Shown: positions 49,326-61,893 of the stretch, one piece after another
Position numbering within the stretch: position 1 is the stretch's first letter
How the letters are laid out: each line of letters starts with the position of its first letter
Assembly: GCA_045612715.1 (NCBI GenBank)
Contig: JAZKZP010000125.1
Span: 9,943-73,942 of the forward strand
DNA: 64,000 nucleotides
Source: Eubacteriales bacterium
GTDB taxonomy: Bacteria; Bacillota; Clostridia; Oscillospirales; CAG-272
Direction of reading: 5' to 3'
Notes under the pieces: generated by a model
The model's input: only the letters and a program-made list of their open reading frames with translations
Told to the model about the DNA's origin: nothing
The model's database searches: none
Position numbers and translations under genes: made by a program

Positions 49326-51422
49326 CTACTCTCTTACCAATGACCAGTCGTCAAGATGTCCCCAAACACCGCTTTCGGCAGCCACTCTAATACCTATCTC
49401 GGCAGTGCTTTCGGTAATAACGATATTGGATATTGTGGCTTTGACATAATAATTATCCTTGCTGCCCCAACCTTTTACTTTATCCTTAAGGTCATATACT
49501 TTTTCTTCGCCATTGTTATATTTAATGTAAATTTCTAATTGTTGATGTTCCTTGGTGGCGGGATCAATTGCCATGCAATACACCTCCAAGGTATAAGTTC
49601 CGGGTTCCAAGCCGTTAATAACCTGTTTAACCGTAAATGAGTAATCTCCCTGGTCATAATACCAGTTCATATCAGTAGTTCCCGTTCTGGTATCAGTTTT
49701 GCGGTCTAACTTTACAACCTTCGTTCCTTCTGGAGTTTGAGTTTCAATAATCCACGGATCACCCAAAACATCGGTAGCGCCTTGTTTTTCATACGAGGAG
49801 TCCAAAATATAATTTTCTATAACTTTAACGTTAGCCACAACGTTATATTTATTGGCTACCAATCCCTTGACCTGATAAGTACCGACATTAGCAAGCTGTG
49901 CCAAATCCTCAGAATCCCAAACGACCTTCATATCTCTGATGGCATCCAAATTGGTTTCTACAGGATATGTATTCGGCAACGTTTGTTTTTCAAAAAGATT
50001 TATAGTCACGTTGATACTGTTAGCATGAACAGCCTTTGCTACCTCGGTTTTATTGTTGGCACCTGTTCTTATCTGCTTGAATACCGCCAATGTGGGTAAT
50101 GCCTTGCCCGTATAGGAGAACAATCCCTGGTTCGACCATGTTGCCTTACCGTCCTCCGCCAAATTTGTTTCATCATTAACGTTTCTACCGCTTGCTTCAC
50201 TTGCCCACGAAGCACCTTCAATAGGCAACCATCCAGGTTCCCAATAGAATACACCCAAGCCCAAATTATTAGGCACATTAGCTACAGTTTGGATAACATC
50301 TCTTAACGCGGTTGCTTGACCTTGCAAGGAAGTTAAGTATCCGCCAACCTCTTCAAAGGTTGAATTATATGTATTGGAAGAAAATTCGTTTTGTGCCTCG
50401 GTATAGCCGTAAGAGGTTTCAACTACAACCACAGGTTTATTAAACTTTTCACTTATATTATTCAAGTTTTTACTTAAATTTTCCAAGGTTCCCGACCAAT
50501 ATGAATAATAAGAAGCTCCAATTATGTCATAATGAACTCTACGTTCATCCAATTCGGTAAAGAAAGCCTCGAATTCATCAAAGTTTCCACCGTTTGCCAA
50601 ATGAACCATTGTATAAATTTCGGGATAAACTTCCTTTGATGCCTTAATTCCCGCTTTCAACAATTTAGCAATGATATCAAAGCTCGTATCGGGATCATTC
50701 CAGCTGATTTTACCAACAGGCCAACACATACCGTTGTTGATCTCGTTACCGATTTGAACCATGTCCACTTCCAAGCCCGCATTTTTGAATTCAGTCATTG
50801 CTTCCTTGGTGTAATCGTATAATTGCTTAGCCAAATCATTGACATTATCAATACTAGCCCACTTGACAGGTAAATCTTGAGTGTCAGGATCAGCCCAGAA
50901 ATCGCTGTAATGGAAATCTAACAAAATCTTCATTCCAACCGCCTGAGCTCTTTTTGCAAGGCTTATGGCTTTTTTGACATCATTATCTCCGCCACCATAT
51001 CCTTCCTTAAACATATTATAAGGATTATTCCAAATTCTGACACGGAAGGCGTTCACGCCGTTGTTTGCCATAATTTGAAATATATCCTGCTCTTTGCCGT
51101 CTTCGTTATAATAGACGCCGCCCAGTTCTTCAATCTTGGCAACCATAGATGCATCCACACCCATTAAAAAGTCATCCCTTAAATTTTTTACTGGGTTGAC
51201 TATAATGCTATCATAGTCGTATTCTTCATCATTAACGCGATCCCCGTAAGTATCCGTAAAGGTCTTCTCACCAAAGGTGAATTTAACCTCTCTGGTATAA
51301 TTTTCAATACCGTCATCATATTCATCAATAAGATTGCTGTTATCATTCGGCTTTGTGCAAGAAAATAATCCCAACAACAACGCAACCACAAGTAAAAAAC
51401 TAATTTTTTTCATGCTTTTCAT
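49326..51422 (-). CDS. Secreted lipoprotein GH53 galactanase with a C-terminal carbohydrate-binding-like domain (698 aa)
   Basis: Lipobox is LLGLFSC. GH53 motifs are FRVRIWNNPY, LLDFHYSDFWADP, VQIGNEINNGM and VVETSYGY. The C-terminal ~200 aa form a beta-sandwich-like module. Confidence 0.85.
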   Translation of the reverse strand: MKSMKKISFLLVVALLLGLFSCTKPNDNSNLIDEYDDGIENYTREVKFTFGEKTFTDTYGDRVNDEEYDYDSIIVNPVKNLRDDFLMGVDASMVAKIEELGGVYYNEDGKEQDIFQIMANNGVNAFRVRIWNNPYNMFKEGYGGGDNDVKKAISLAKRAQAVGMKILLDFHYSDFWADPDTQDLPVKWASIDNVNDLAKQLYDYTKEAMTEFKNAGLEVDMVQIGNEINNGMCWPVGKISWNDPDTSFDIIAKLLKAGIKASKEVYPEIYTMVHLANGGNFDEFEAFFTELDERRVHYDIIGASYYSYWSGTLENLSKNLNNISEKFNKPVVVVETSYGYTEAQNEFSSNTYNSTFEEVGGYLTSLQGQATALRDVIQTVANVPNNLGLGVFYWEPGWLPIEGASWASEASGRNVNDETNLAEDGKATWSNQGLFSYTGKALPTLAVFKQIRTGANNKTEVAKAVHANSINVTINLFEKQTLPNTYPVETNLDAIRDMKVVWDSEDLAQLANVGTYQVKGLVANKYNVVANVKVIENYILDSSYEKQGATDVLGDPWIIETQTPEGTKVVKLDRKTDTRTGTTDMNWYYDQGDYSFTVKQVINGLEPGTYTLEVYCMAIDPATKEHQQLEIYIKYNNGEEKVYDLKDKVKGWGSKDNYYVKATISNIVITESTAEIGIRVAAESGVWGHLDDWSLVRE

Positions 51423-52228
51423 CCTTTCCTTGGCATATTCGTAGGCGAATATCCAAAATGCTTTTTAAATTCTCCTGAGAAATGCAGTTGATTTTTATAT
51501 CCGACCAATTCGGCTACTCTTTTTATATTGAAGCTATTGCTTTTTATAAGAGTTAAAGCTCTTTCCATTCTGACCTTGGTTAAAAACTGCTTGGTTGAAA
51601 TACCTTCGTGTTTTTTGAATAAGTTCGATAAATAGTTGGCAGAAACCCCAACATTAGTTGCAACATCAAGCACGGAAATGCCAAATTGGTAATTATTGTA
51701 TATGAATTCCTTAGCCTTATGTAAGTGTATTTCAGGATCGGAAACTCTTCTCTCCTTAATAAACAAATTTATCATTCTGGAAAAAATTTGATAACTCAAT
51801 CCCAAGCATTCCAAATTCAAGAACCCAGCATATTTATATCTGTCGTATAAATTGTTAAATAAATCCTTTAGCAGATGATTTTCTCCGTCATAAAAAATCG
51901 AATTAGTTTCAGAAAAGCCTGAACGGTTTAATAAATACTTTGCCCGAGTTCCGTCAAAGCCCAACCAAATATAAGTCCAGGGGTCATCGTTGTCGGGAAA
52001 ATAATGACGGACCTCTCCGGGAGGTATATAAAAAATGTGCCCTCTTTTCAAATAGTGCTTTTTGCCGTTATCAACGAAATATCCCTTTCCACTTATAACG
52101 TAATGAAACAAATGATATTCCTTGGGTGTAAAAGAAAACTTTTTGTCTGCAATGCATTTTTCTTTTCCGCACTCTAACAATTTCAATTCTAAACTGTTAG
52201 ACGCGCTAAAGAAATTTGTTTCATTCAT
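51419..52228 (-). CDS. AraC-family transcriptional regulator (cupin + HTH)
   Basis: The C-terminal AraC HTH is ISVLDVATNVGVSANYLSNLFKK...VAELVGYKNQLHFSGEFKKHFGYSP. I prefer the ATG at 52228 (MNETNFF, AGGAGGG upstream) to the track start at 52306. ATGA overlap with the GH53 gene. Confidence 0.8.
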   Translation of the reverse strand: MNETNFFSASNSLELKLLECGKEKCIADKKFSFTPKEYHLFHYVISGKGYFVDNGKKHYLKRGHIFYIPPGEVRHYFPDNDDPWTYIWLGFDGTRAKYLLNRSGFSETNSIFYDGENHLLKDLFNNLYDRYKYAGFLNLECLGLSYQIFSRMINLFIKERRVSDPEIHLHKAKEFIYNNYQFGISVLDVATNVGVSANYLSNLFKKHEGISTKQFLTKVRMERALTLIKSNSFNIKRVAELVGYKNQLHFSGEFKKHFGYSPTNMPRKG

Positions 52229-52699
52229 ATAGACACCCTCCTTATTATAAAACATTTGTATTCTTTTCACCCTTATTATACACGATAAAATATAACATTT
52301 CAACATATTTTTTTATCAAAATCATATTTTTTTATATATTTGTAACAAAAAAGCCATATGAAACATTTTAATGTGAGATTTTTATATATAAAAGCTTGAA
52401 AAGAACAAACGGTTATTGACTTTTCGTGATTTTCTAACGCACTTATTGTGTTATATAGTTTTGTTTCATCAATACTGATATGATATTCTTATATAGATAC
52501 ACGTTTATAATAACTGTAACTTTGCCAAGGATTTTTGGGTAAGCCAGAATGTTACATCCTTGAAAACCACATTAACATACTCTTTCTGAGTATCGGTAGA
52601 ATATAAAATAATCTGTCCGTTTTTTCTATATTAATACAACTCCTAAGGACTATAGAGAAAAACATAGATAAAATAAAGAAATGACAGGTAAAACACCTG

Positions 52700-52897
52700 T
52701 CATTTATTTTTATGTATTCCCTTTTCGAGTTCAATTCGTTTATTCAAATTAAAAATTGCCATACAAAACCTGTCGAAAAGTGTCAATGTTGTCTGCAATG
52801 GGTCGCCCTCGCGGATTCGCATAGTTCTCCTTATCTCTTTTGGTATCACCACACGCCCCAAATCGTCAATTCTACGAACAATTCCCGTTGCTTTCAT
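52700..52897 (-). CDS. Short SpoVT/AbrB-N-terminus-like protein, copy 2 (65 aa from ATG 52897)
   Basis: Same first 33 residues as copy 1 (MKATGIVRRIDDLGRVVIPKEIRRTMRIREGDP). The tail (..DRFCMAIFNLNKRIELE) is homologous to the copy 1 tail (..TRFCDAMISLHKRILNE). Confidence 0.55.
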   Translation of the reverse strand: MKATGIVRRIDDLGRVVIPKEIRRTMRIREGDPLQTTLTLFDRFCMAIFNLNKRIELEKGIHKNK

Positions 52898-52995
52898 ATA
52901 TTTAAATCTCCTTTTAATAATCACCATTTCGCAAATTTTGTTGCTATTTTAGTTTTTGTCGTAAAAGGAATTTTATGCATTAAAACGCTATATTT
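52700..52995 (-). repeat. SpoVT-like gene+promoter repeat, copy 2
   Basis: See copy 1 (38664-38950). Confidence 0.7.
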
Positions 52996-53020
52996 TTGAA
53001 ATGTCGCAAAACCACTACAT

Positions 53021-53218
53021 CTAATGTCTAACAGTAAGTTCATCGGCTTGACTTTCAACAAAAAATTTGTGAGGAATATGTGATGGAATAATAAAAATAT
53101 CACCCGCATTACACGGAATATCTTTGTCAAGAATACGGTGTATCCCCACACCTGAAACCACCAAAGATATTTCAAAAAATTCACATTCTTCAAGCTTCAA
53201 AAATGCATATTGAAACAT
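53021..53218 (-). pseudogene. Cupin (AraC N-terminal-like) fragment
   Basis: GIHRILDKDIPCNAGDIFIIPSHIPHKF looks like the AraC-type cupin ligand-binding barrel. The ORF stops after 65 codons and has no HTH domain. Confidence 0.4.
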
Positions 53219-53308
53219 TTCAATAAATTAGCAATTAATAAAAATCCAACCGCCGTGTGATTTTCTTTTAATAAAAAAGAGCTTAGCAAAATGCTAAGCT
53301 CTTTTATT

Positions 53309-54142
53309 TTATTCAAATTTGAATATTTTCATTCGCTCGTTGGGAGTAACGTTGGGTTGATGGAAGGTTATACACTTTTCACTATTAAGATCGGTAAAGC
53401 ACATACAGTGACCTCCGTCTTGATCGAAAATAGATTTCTCCAAAACATAATCCCCCATAGCACCGTTTTTGCTAACGCTTTTAAGCACTGAGTATCCGCT
53501 GGCGGTTACTGTTGACCAAAGAAGTACAGTGCAACCATCCTCTTCATATAGCCAGGGACCTTCAGCAATATATCCTCTGCAATTATCATCCCCAACCTCA
53601 ACAGACAGAGGGCAATCTCTACCACTCACTATTTTTTTAGGTTTACCTACAAGTTCAGTAAGATCATCAGAAAGCTGTGCCATATATAAGCTTCCGTCAC
53701 CGTTTCCGCAGATAGGTGTTGTCCATTCGTTTGAAAAGCACAGGTATGGGACACCATTTTGAAGAAACAGCGTTGCGTCAAGGCATCCCCATCCTTCAGG
53801 TGTAATATATTTTCCCGTAAGCATCTTAAAATTGCCGTCAAGCTTATCCGACTTAAAAATAATACTGCCACGTCCCAAATCATTTCTAAAAACAGACACG
53901 ATCAAGTAATATTCCCCTTTGTATTTGTGCATCTCGGGTGCCCAAATATTAGTATATTCATCAAGGGAGCCGTCGTTGACCATAACGCATATACGCTCAA
54001 AATTATTCAAGTCATCGGATTGATAAAGCGTAAGGTCACTTGCTCTTCCCCACGGATCATCACCTGTCGTGCCAAGCAAATAGTATCTACTGTCTTCAAC
54101 AAACACAAATGGGTCACGAATATGTATTTCATCTCTAAGCAT
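53309..54142 (-). CDS. GH43-family glycoside hydrolase (277 aa)
   Basis: IRDPFVFVEDSRYYLLGT, NIWAPEMHKYKGEYYL and CLDATLF are typical five-bladed-propeller GH43 motifs. Confidence 0.75.
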   Translation of the reverse strand: MLRDEIHIRDPFVFVEDSRYYLLGTTGDDPWGRASDLTLYQSDDLNNFERICVMVNDGSLDEYTNIWAPEMHKYKGEYYLIVSVFRNDLGRGSIIFKSDKLDGNFKMLTGKYITPEGWGCLDATLFLQNGVPYLCFSNEWTTPICGNGDGSLYMAQLSDDLTELVGKPKKIVSGRDCPLSVEVGDDNCRGYIAEGPWLYEEDGCTVLLWSTVTASGYSVLKSVSKNGAMGDYVLEKSIFDQDGGHCMCFTDLNSEKCITFHQPNVTPNERMKIFKFE

Positions 54143-54147
54143 TATTA

Positions 54148-58406
<4,259 letters not shown>

Positions 58407-58415
58407 GGGACACCT

Positions 58416-58583
58416 CTATTTATTTCCTAAAAATGTTGCAACGCAGTTATGAATGAAGGCCGCATCCTTTGAAACGAAGTACGGATTTTCGATAGCCGCA
58501 TATATAACGTAGCCCACCATGGCTGCTACAATCAATCCTATAACCGCAAGCCAAATGGCTGCAATAATTCTGTTTTTTATCAT
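58416..58583 (-). CDS. 55-aa single-pass membrane micro-protein
   Basis: Below the track size cut-off. Peptide: MIKNRIIAAIWLAVIGLIVAAMVGYVIYAAIENPYFVSKDAAFIHNCVATFLGNK. It fills the gap between the permease and ATPase genes. Confidence 0.45.
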   Translation of the reverse strand: MIKNRIIAAIWLAVIGLIVAAMVGYVIYAAIENPYFVSKDAAFIHNCVATFLGNK

Positions 58584-58586
58584 ACG

Positions 58587-59504
58587 CTACCCCTTTATTC
58601 CCGAATTTGCATTTGTCTGAACAAATGCTTTATTCATAAAAATAAACAACAGGATAACAGGCAATGAAGCTATGAATGATGCCGCCATAACAAACGGCGT
58701 GTCGCCCGCCTCTGCTCCCGCAGTTGAGTTAAGACCCATTATAAGCACCTGTACGGTTTTGATATCGGGGTCAGTAAGATATATGCTCGGTCCAAAGAAA
58801 TCGTTCCAGATACCAACAAACCAGAAAAGCATTTGTGCGATCAGTGCAGGCTTAATAAGAGGAACAACTACCTTTATAAAAGTACCGAACCATCCTGCTC
58901 CCTCTACCCTGCTCTCTTCAATCAATGAATCGGGCACGGATGCTTTTATAGTTGTTATCAAGAACAACATCATACCCACGTTTCCAAACAAACCGGGAAT
59001 GATCAAGGGCCAAAGTGAGTTGATAAGTCCTATTTCTCGCCACATTCTATACTGCGGAAGCATTACCGTTGCAAAGGGTATCATCATTGACACAAGAAGA
59101 GTCATTAAAATAACGTTCTTGCCCTTGAATTTCATTTTAGCAAAAGCAAATGCCGCAAGTGTTGAAAAAAACGTACCGATAGGTACAACAAGAATTTCGA
59201 TAATCATCGTGTTCTTGACAGCGTCAAGAAAATTAAATTCTTTTATCGTATATCTGTCATTACCCGTGAATATTTCAAAAAACACCTTCCAGTTTGGATT
59301 TTTTGGAAAGAAATCATCAAGAATAGAAGCAGACCCAATGATCTCCTGCCTCGTTTTTAAGGCAGAGATGATCATATATGCATAAGGAAATATCATCAGG
59401 AATGCCGCTATGCAAACAATGGCGGTTGAAAAGACAAATAGAGCCTTATTAGAGATTCTGTTTCTTTTTGCCTGCTGATAAATCATATTTTCATTATACT
59501 TCAT
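58587..59504 (-). CDS. Sugar ABC transporter permease (305 aa)
   Basis: TM helices and the EAA-like loop IEESRVEGAGWFGTFIKVVVP. Confidence 0.85.
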   Translation of the reverse strand: MKYNENMIYQQAKRNRISNKALFVFSTAIVCIAAFLMIFPYAYMIISALKTRQEIIGSASILDDFFPKNPNWKVFFEIFTGNDRYTIKEFNFLDAVKNTMIIEILVVPIGTFFSTLAAFAFAKMKFKGKNVILMTLLVSMMIPFATVMLPQYRMWREIGLINSLWPLIIPGLFGNVGMMLFLITTIKASVPDSLIEESRVEGAGWFGTFIKVVVPLIKPALIAQMLFWFVGIWNDFFGPSIYLTDPDIKTVQVLIMGLNSTAGAEAGDTPFVMAASFIASLPVILLFIFMNKAFVQTNANSGIKG

Positions 59505-60415
59505 TTTCTCACATCCTTAAATACGTTAGATTTTGAAAAAAGTATCACAGTAATAATCAAAATAACAATGGACAAAAGGACTGAGGCCGCACTTGCCCAG
59601 CCATAATTTGCCTGATTTATACCATAATTCCAAATGTAATAAACTATTGTTCTCGCACCCGGGAGTCCTCCGCCCATTACTAAACTGTCTGCATAGCTCT
59701 GCAAACCGCTGATTACGCCCGTAACTATCAAATAGAACGAGGTATTATTGGTCATTGGGAGTGTAATGTCAATGAATTGCTGCCAACGCGAAGCGCCCTG
59801 AACTCTTGCAACCTCATAATAAGATTCGGGAATATTATTAACTCCCGCAAGATAGAGTATCATAGCGCCGCCAATTCCACCCCAGATGTTTTTGATAACA
59901 ATAGCTATTTTTATCAGCCACGGGTCGTTGGATATCCAATTCAGGTCAGTACCAAGAATACTATTGATAAGTCCCATTTCTCCATTTTTAAACAGATCAC
60001 GGAACACAATCATAATAGCAAGACTGGACGTTACTGCGGGAAGATAGTAAAGAATAGTTAACAAGGTTCTTCCCTTTGCCAGCTTTTTAAGATATATAGC
60101 AAGTAAAAGTCCAAGAAAAACTCCCACGGGAATGCTCAAAAGCATAAGTATTGTATTGAGCGTTGCATCTCGGAAATTCTGTTCTTGAAAGATTTCAATA
60201 TAATTCTGAAATCCAATAAACTTAAACGTTCCCTTAATCGCATTAAAATTGGTAAACGACATAAATACAGAATATCCAAGTGCCCAGGCGGTAAACAGGA
60301 AAAAGCCTAAAACGGGTATCAAAATAAATAAGTATGCAAATAAATGCTCCTTAAATTTTGCATTTAACGTTTTTTTGTGGCTTTTTCCCTTATGCAATAG
60401 ATTGAGTTCTTGCAT
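59501..60415 (-). CDS. Sugar ABC transporter permease (304 aa)
   Basis: TM helices and the EAA-like loop YEVARVQGASRWQQFIDITLP. ATGA overlap with the next permease. Confidence 0.85.
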   Translation of the reverse strand: MQELNLLHKGKSHKKTLNAKFKEHLFAYLFILIPVLGFFLFTAWALGYSVFMSFTNFNAIKGTFKFIGFQNYIEIFQEQNFRDATLNTILMLLSIPVGVFLGLLLAIYLKKLAKGRTLLTILYYLPAVTSSLAIMIVFRDLFKNGEMGLINSILGTDLNWISNDPWLIKIAIVIKNIWGGIGGAMILYLAGVNNIPESYYEVARVQGASRWQQFIDITLPMTNNTSFYLIVTGVISGLQSYADSLVMGGGLPGARTIVYYIWNYGINQANYGWASAASVLLSIVILIITVILFSKSNVFKDVRK

Positions 60416-60431
60416 ATTCTACCACCTCAGT

Positions 60432-61856
60432 TTATTCTAAGTTTTGGTGCATCTTTGTAAGTTTCTGCTGATAAGCCTCAGCAAATGCTTCGATAGCTTC
60501 TCTTGCGGTCTTTGTTCCCGCCCAAACAGGATTGAGCTTATCCATAAGATCGTCAAATGCAGTCTTTTCGTATGTATAGTAGTAAGGACGGTATTTGCCC
60601 TCCATTGTGGCTGTTCCCTTTACTGGATCAAGGAATACTGACTTACTTGTGGGATATGTCTTAACACCACTAAGTCCAACATTATTGAGCCATTCGTTTT
60701 CAGCCATACTCTGAACGTTGGGCATTGCTTGACCGAGCTTGTAGTTCATCTCCGCAGCCTTATCGCTTGTAGCAAGCCATTTAGCAAGCAACACTGCTGC
60801 TGCCTTATTTTCGCTTGCGGCACTTACAGAGTAAGCAACAGATCCGATAAGAGTTGTTGACTTGGAACCTTCCGCTTCGCCAACAGGAACGGGCATAATG
60901 TCAAATTCAAATGAAAGACTCTCCCAATATGTTCTCATATCCCAGGGACCCATCCAAGTGAAAAGGCACTGCTGAGATGCGAATTTTGTAAGTGCGCTTG
61001 ATGTTGCCGCTGAAGCATAATCAGCTGCCAAGCCTTCAAGTGAAAGATCTGCAACGAACTGGATCGCATCGATAAAGTTATCGGTATTGATAGCACTTGT
61101 TTTTGCGCTATCATCTGTATAATAGTTTGCGTTGTTGGAATAAACAGCCGCGCTTGCCTCATAGTGAGTAAGGGGTACAATCTTAACACCGTCAACCTCA
61201 AGGCCCTTAAATGCGCCAAGATACTGCTTAAATTCACTGAAGGTCATAGGCTGTGTGGTTGAGGGAAGTTCAACGTCGAGGTCGTATTCTTCAATAAGCT
61301 GAAGAATGAGTGTCTTATTGTATGCGATAGCATAGGGTCCCAAGTCCTTAGGCAAGCCGTAAATATCCTCACCCTGTCCAACAGTCTTCTTTTCTTCATT
61401 CCAACGGAACATATCAATGGACTTATCCCAAAGGCTATCCATCTCTTCTTCAGAAAGATATGGTGTAAGATTGAGAAGTCTGCCCGAATCTACCCATTTT
61501 ATATAATCCCAGTCCGGAACGTAAAATACGTCGGGCAAATTGTCCGCATTGTTTACAAGATTGTTAGAATATGCAGTAGTATCACTTATTGCGTTGTAGA
61601 ACACCTTAACGTTAGGATATTCCTTCATAAATTCAGCGATCATTTCCTGAAAGTTCTTTTGCTCTGCAATACTTCCCCAACCAAGGAAGTCCAATTCATA
61701 CTGCTTGTTGGGATCAAATTCTTCATACACTTGATTATCAACGTTTCCTTCATTGCCACCGCATGCGGAAAAACAAGCGGAAAACGCAAAAATCAAGGCA
61801 AGAACTAATGTTAATGATATAATTCTCTTCATATTAATTCTCCTTATATTGCACAT
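60432..61856 (-). CDS. Sugar ABC transporter substrate-binding lipoprotein (474 aa)
   Basis: Signal/lipobox is MKRIISLTLVLALIFAFSAC, so the start is probably at 61832. The size and pattern match an extracellular solute-binding family 1 protein. Confidence 0.8.
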   Translation of the reverse strand: MCNIRRINMKRIISLTLVLALIFAFSACFSACGGNEGNVDNQVYEEFDPNKQYELDFLGWGSIAEQKNFQEMIAEFMKEYPNVKVFYNAISDTTAYSNNLVNNADNLPDVFYVPDWDYIKWVDSGRLLNLTPYLSEEEMDSLWDKSIDMFRWNEEKKTVGQGEDIYGLPKDLGPYAIAYNKTLILQLIEEYDLDVELPSTTQPMTFSEFKQYLGAFKGLEVDGVKIVPLTHYEASAAVYSNNANYYTDDSAKTSAINTDNFIDAIQFVADLSLEGLAADYASAATSSALTKFASQQCLFTWMGPWDMRTYWESLSFEFDIMPVPVGEAEGSKSTTLIGSVAYSVSAASENKAAAVLLAKWLATSDKAAEMNYKLGQAMPNVQSMAENEWLNNVGLSGVKTYPTSKSVFLDPVKGTATMEGKYRPYYYTYEKTAFDDLMDKLNPVWAGTKTAREAIEAFAEAYQQKLTKMHQNLE

Positions 61857-61882
61857 TTAGTGGGCAAAAGCTGCCCACTAAA
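61856..61882 (-). terminator. Hairpin between the repeat-protein gene and the SBP gene
   Basis: TTTAGTGGGC-(7 nt)-GCCCACTAAA. The U-tail is modest, so this may be a partial terminator or processing site. Confidence 0.4.
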
Positions 61883-61893
61883 TGTATTAAATT

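Noticed and set aside
52306-53300. Several 60-95-aa ORFs (52552-52734, 52712-52999, 52921-53193) in the gap between the two sugar loci
   Set aside because: They are mutually overlapping, with junk-like composition, in a region that otherwise contains only the SpoVT-like repeat and a cupin fragment. I treat them as decay products.
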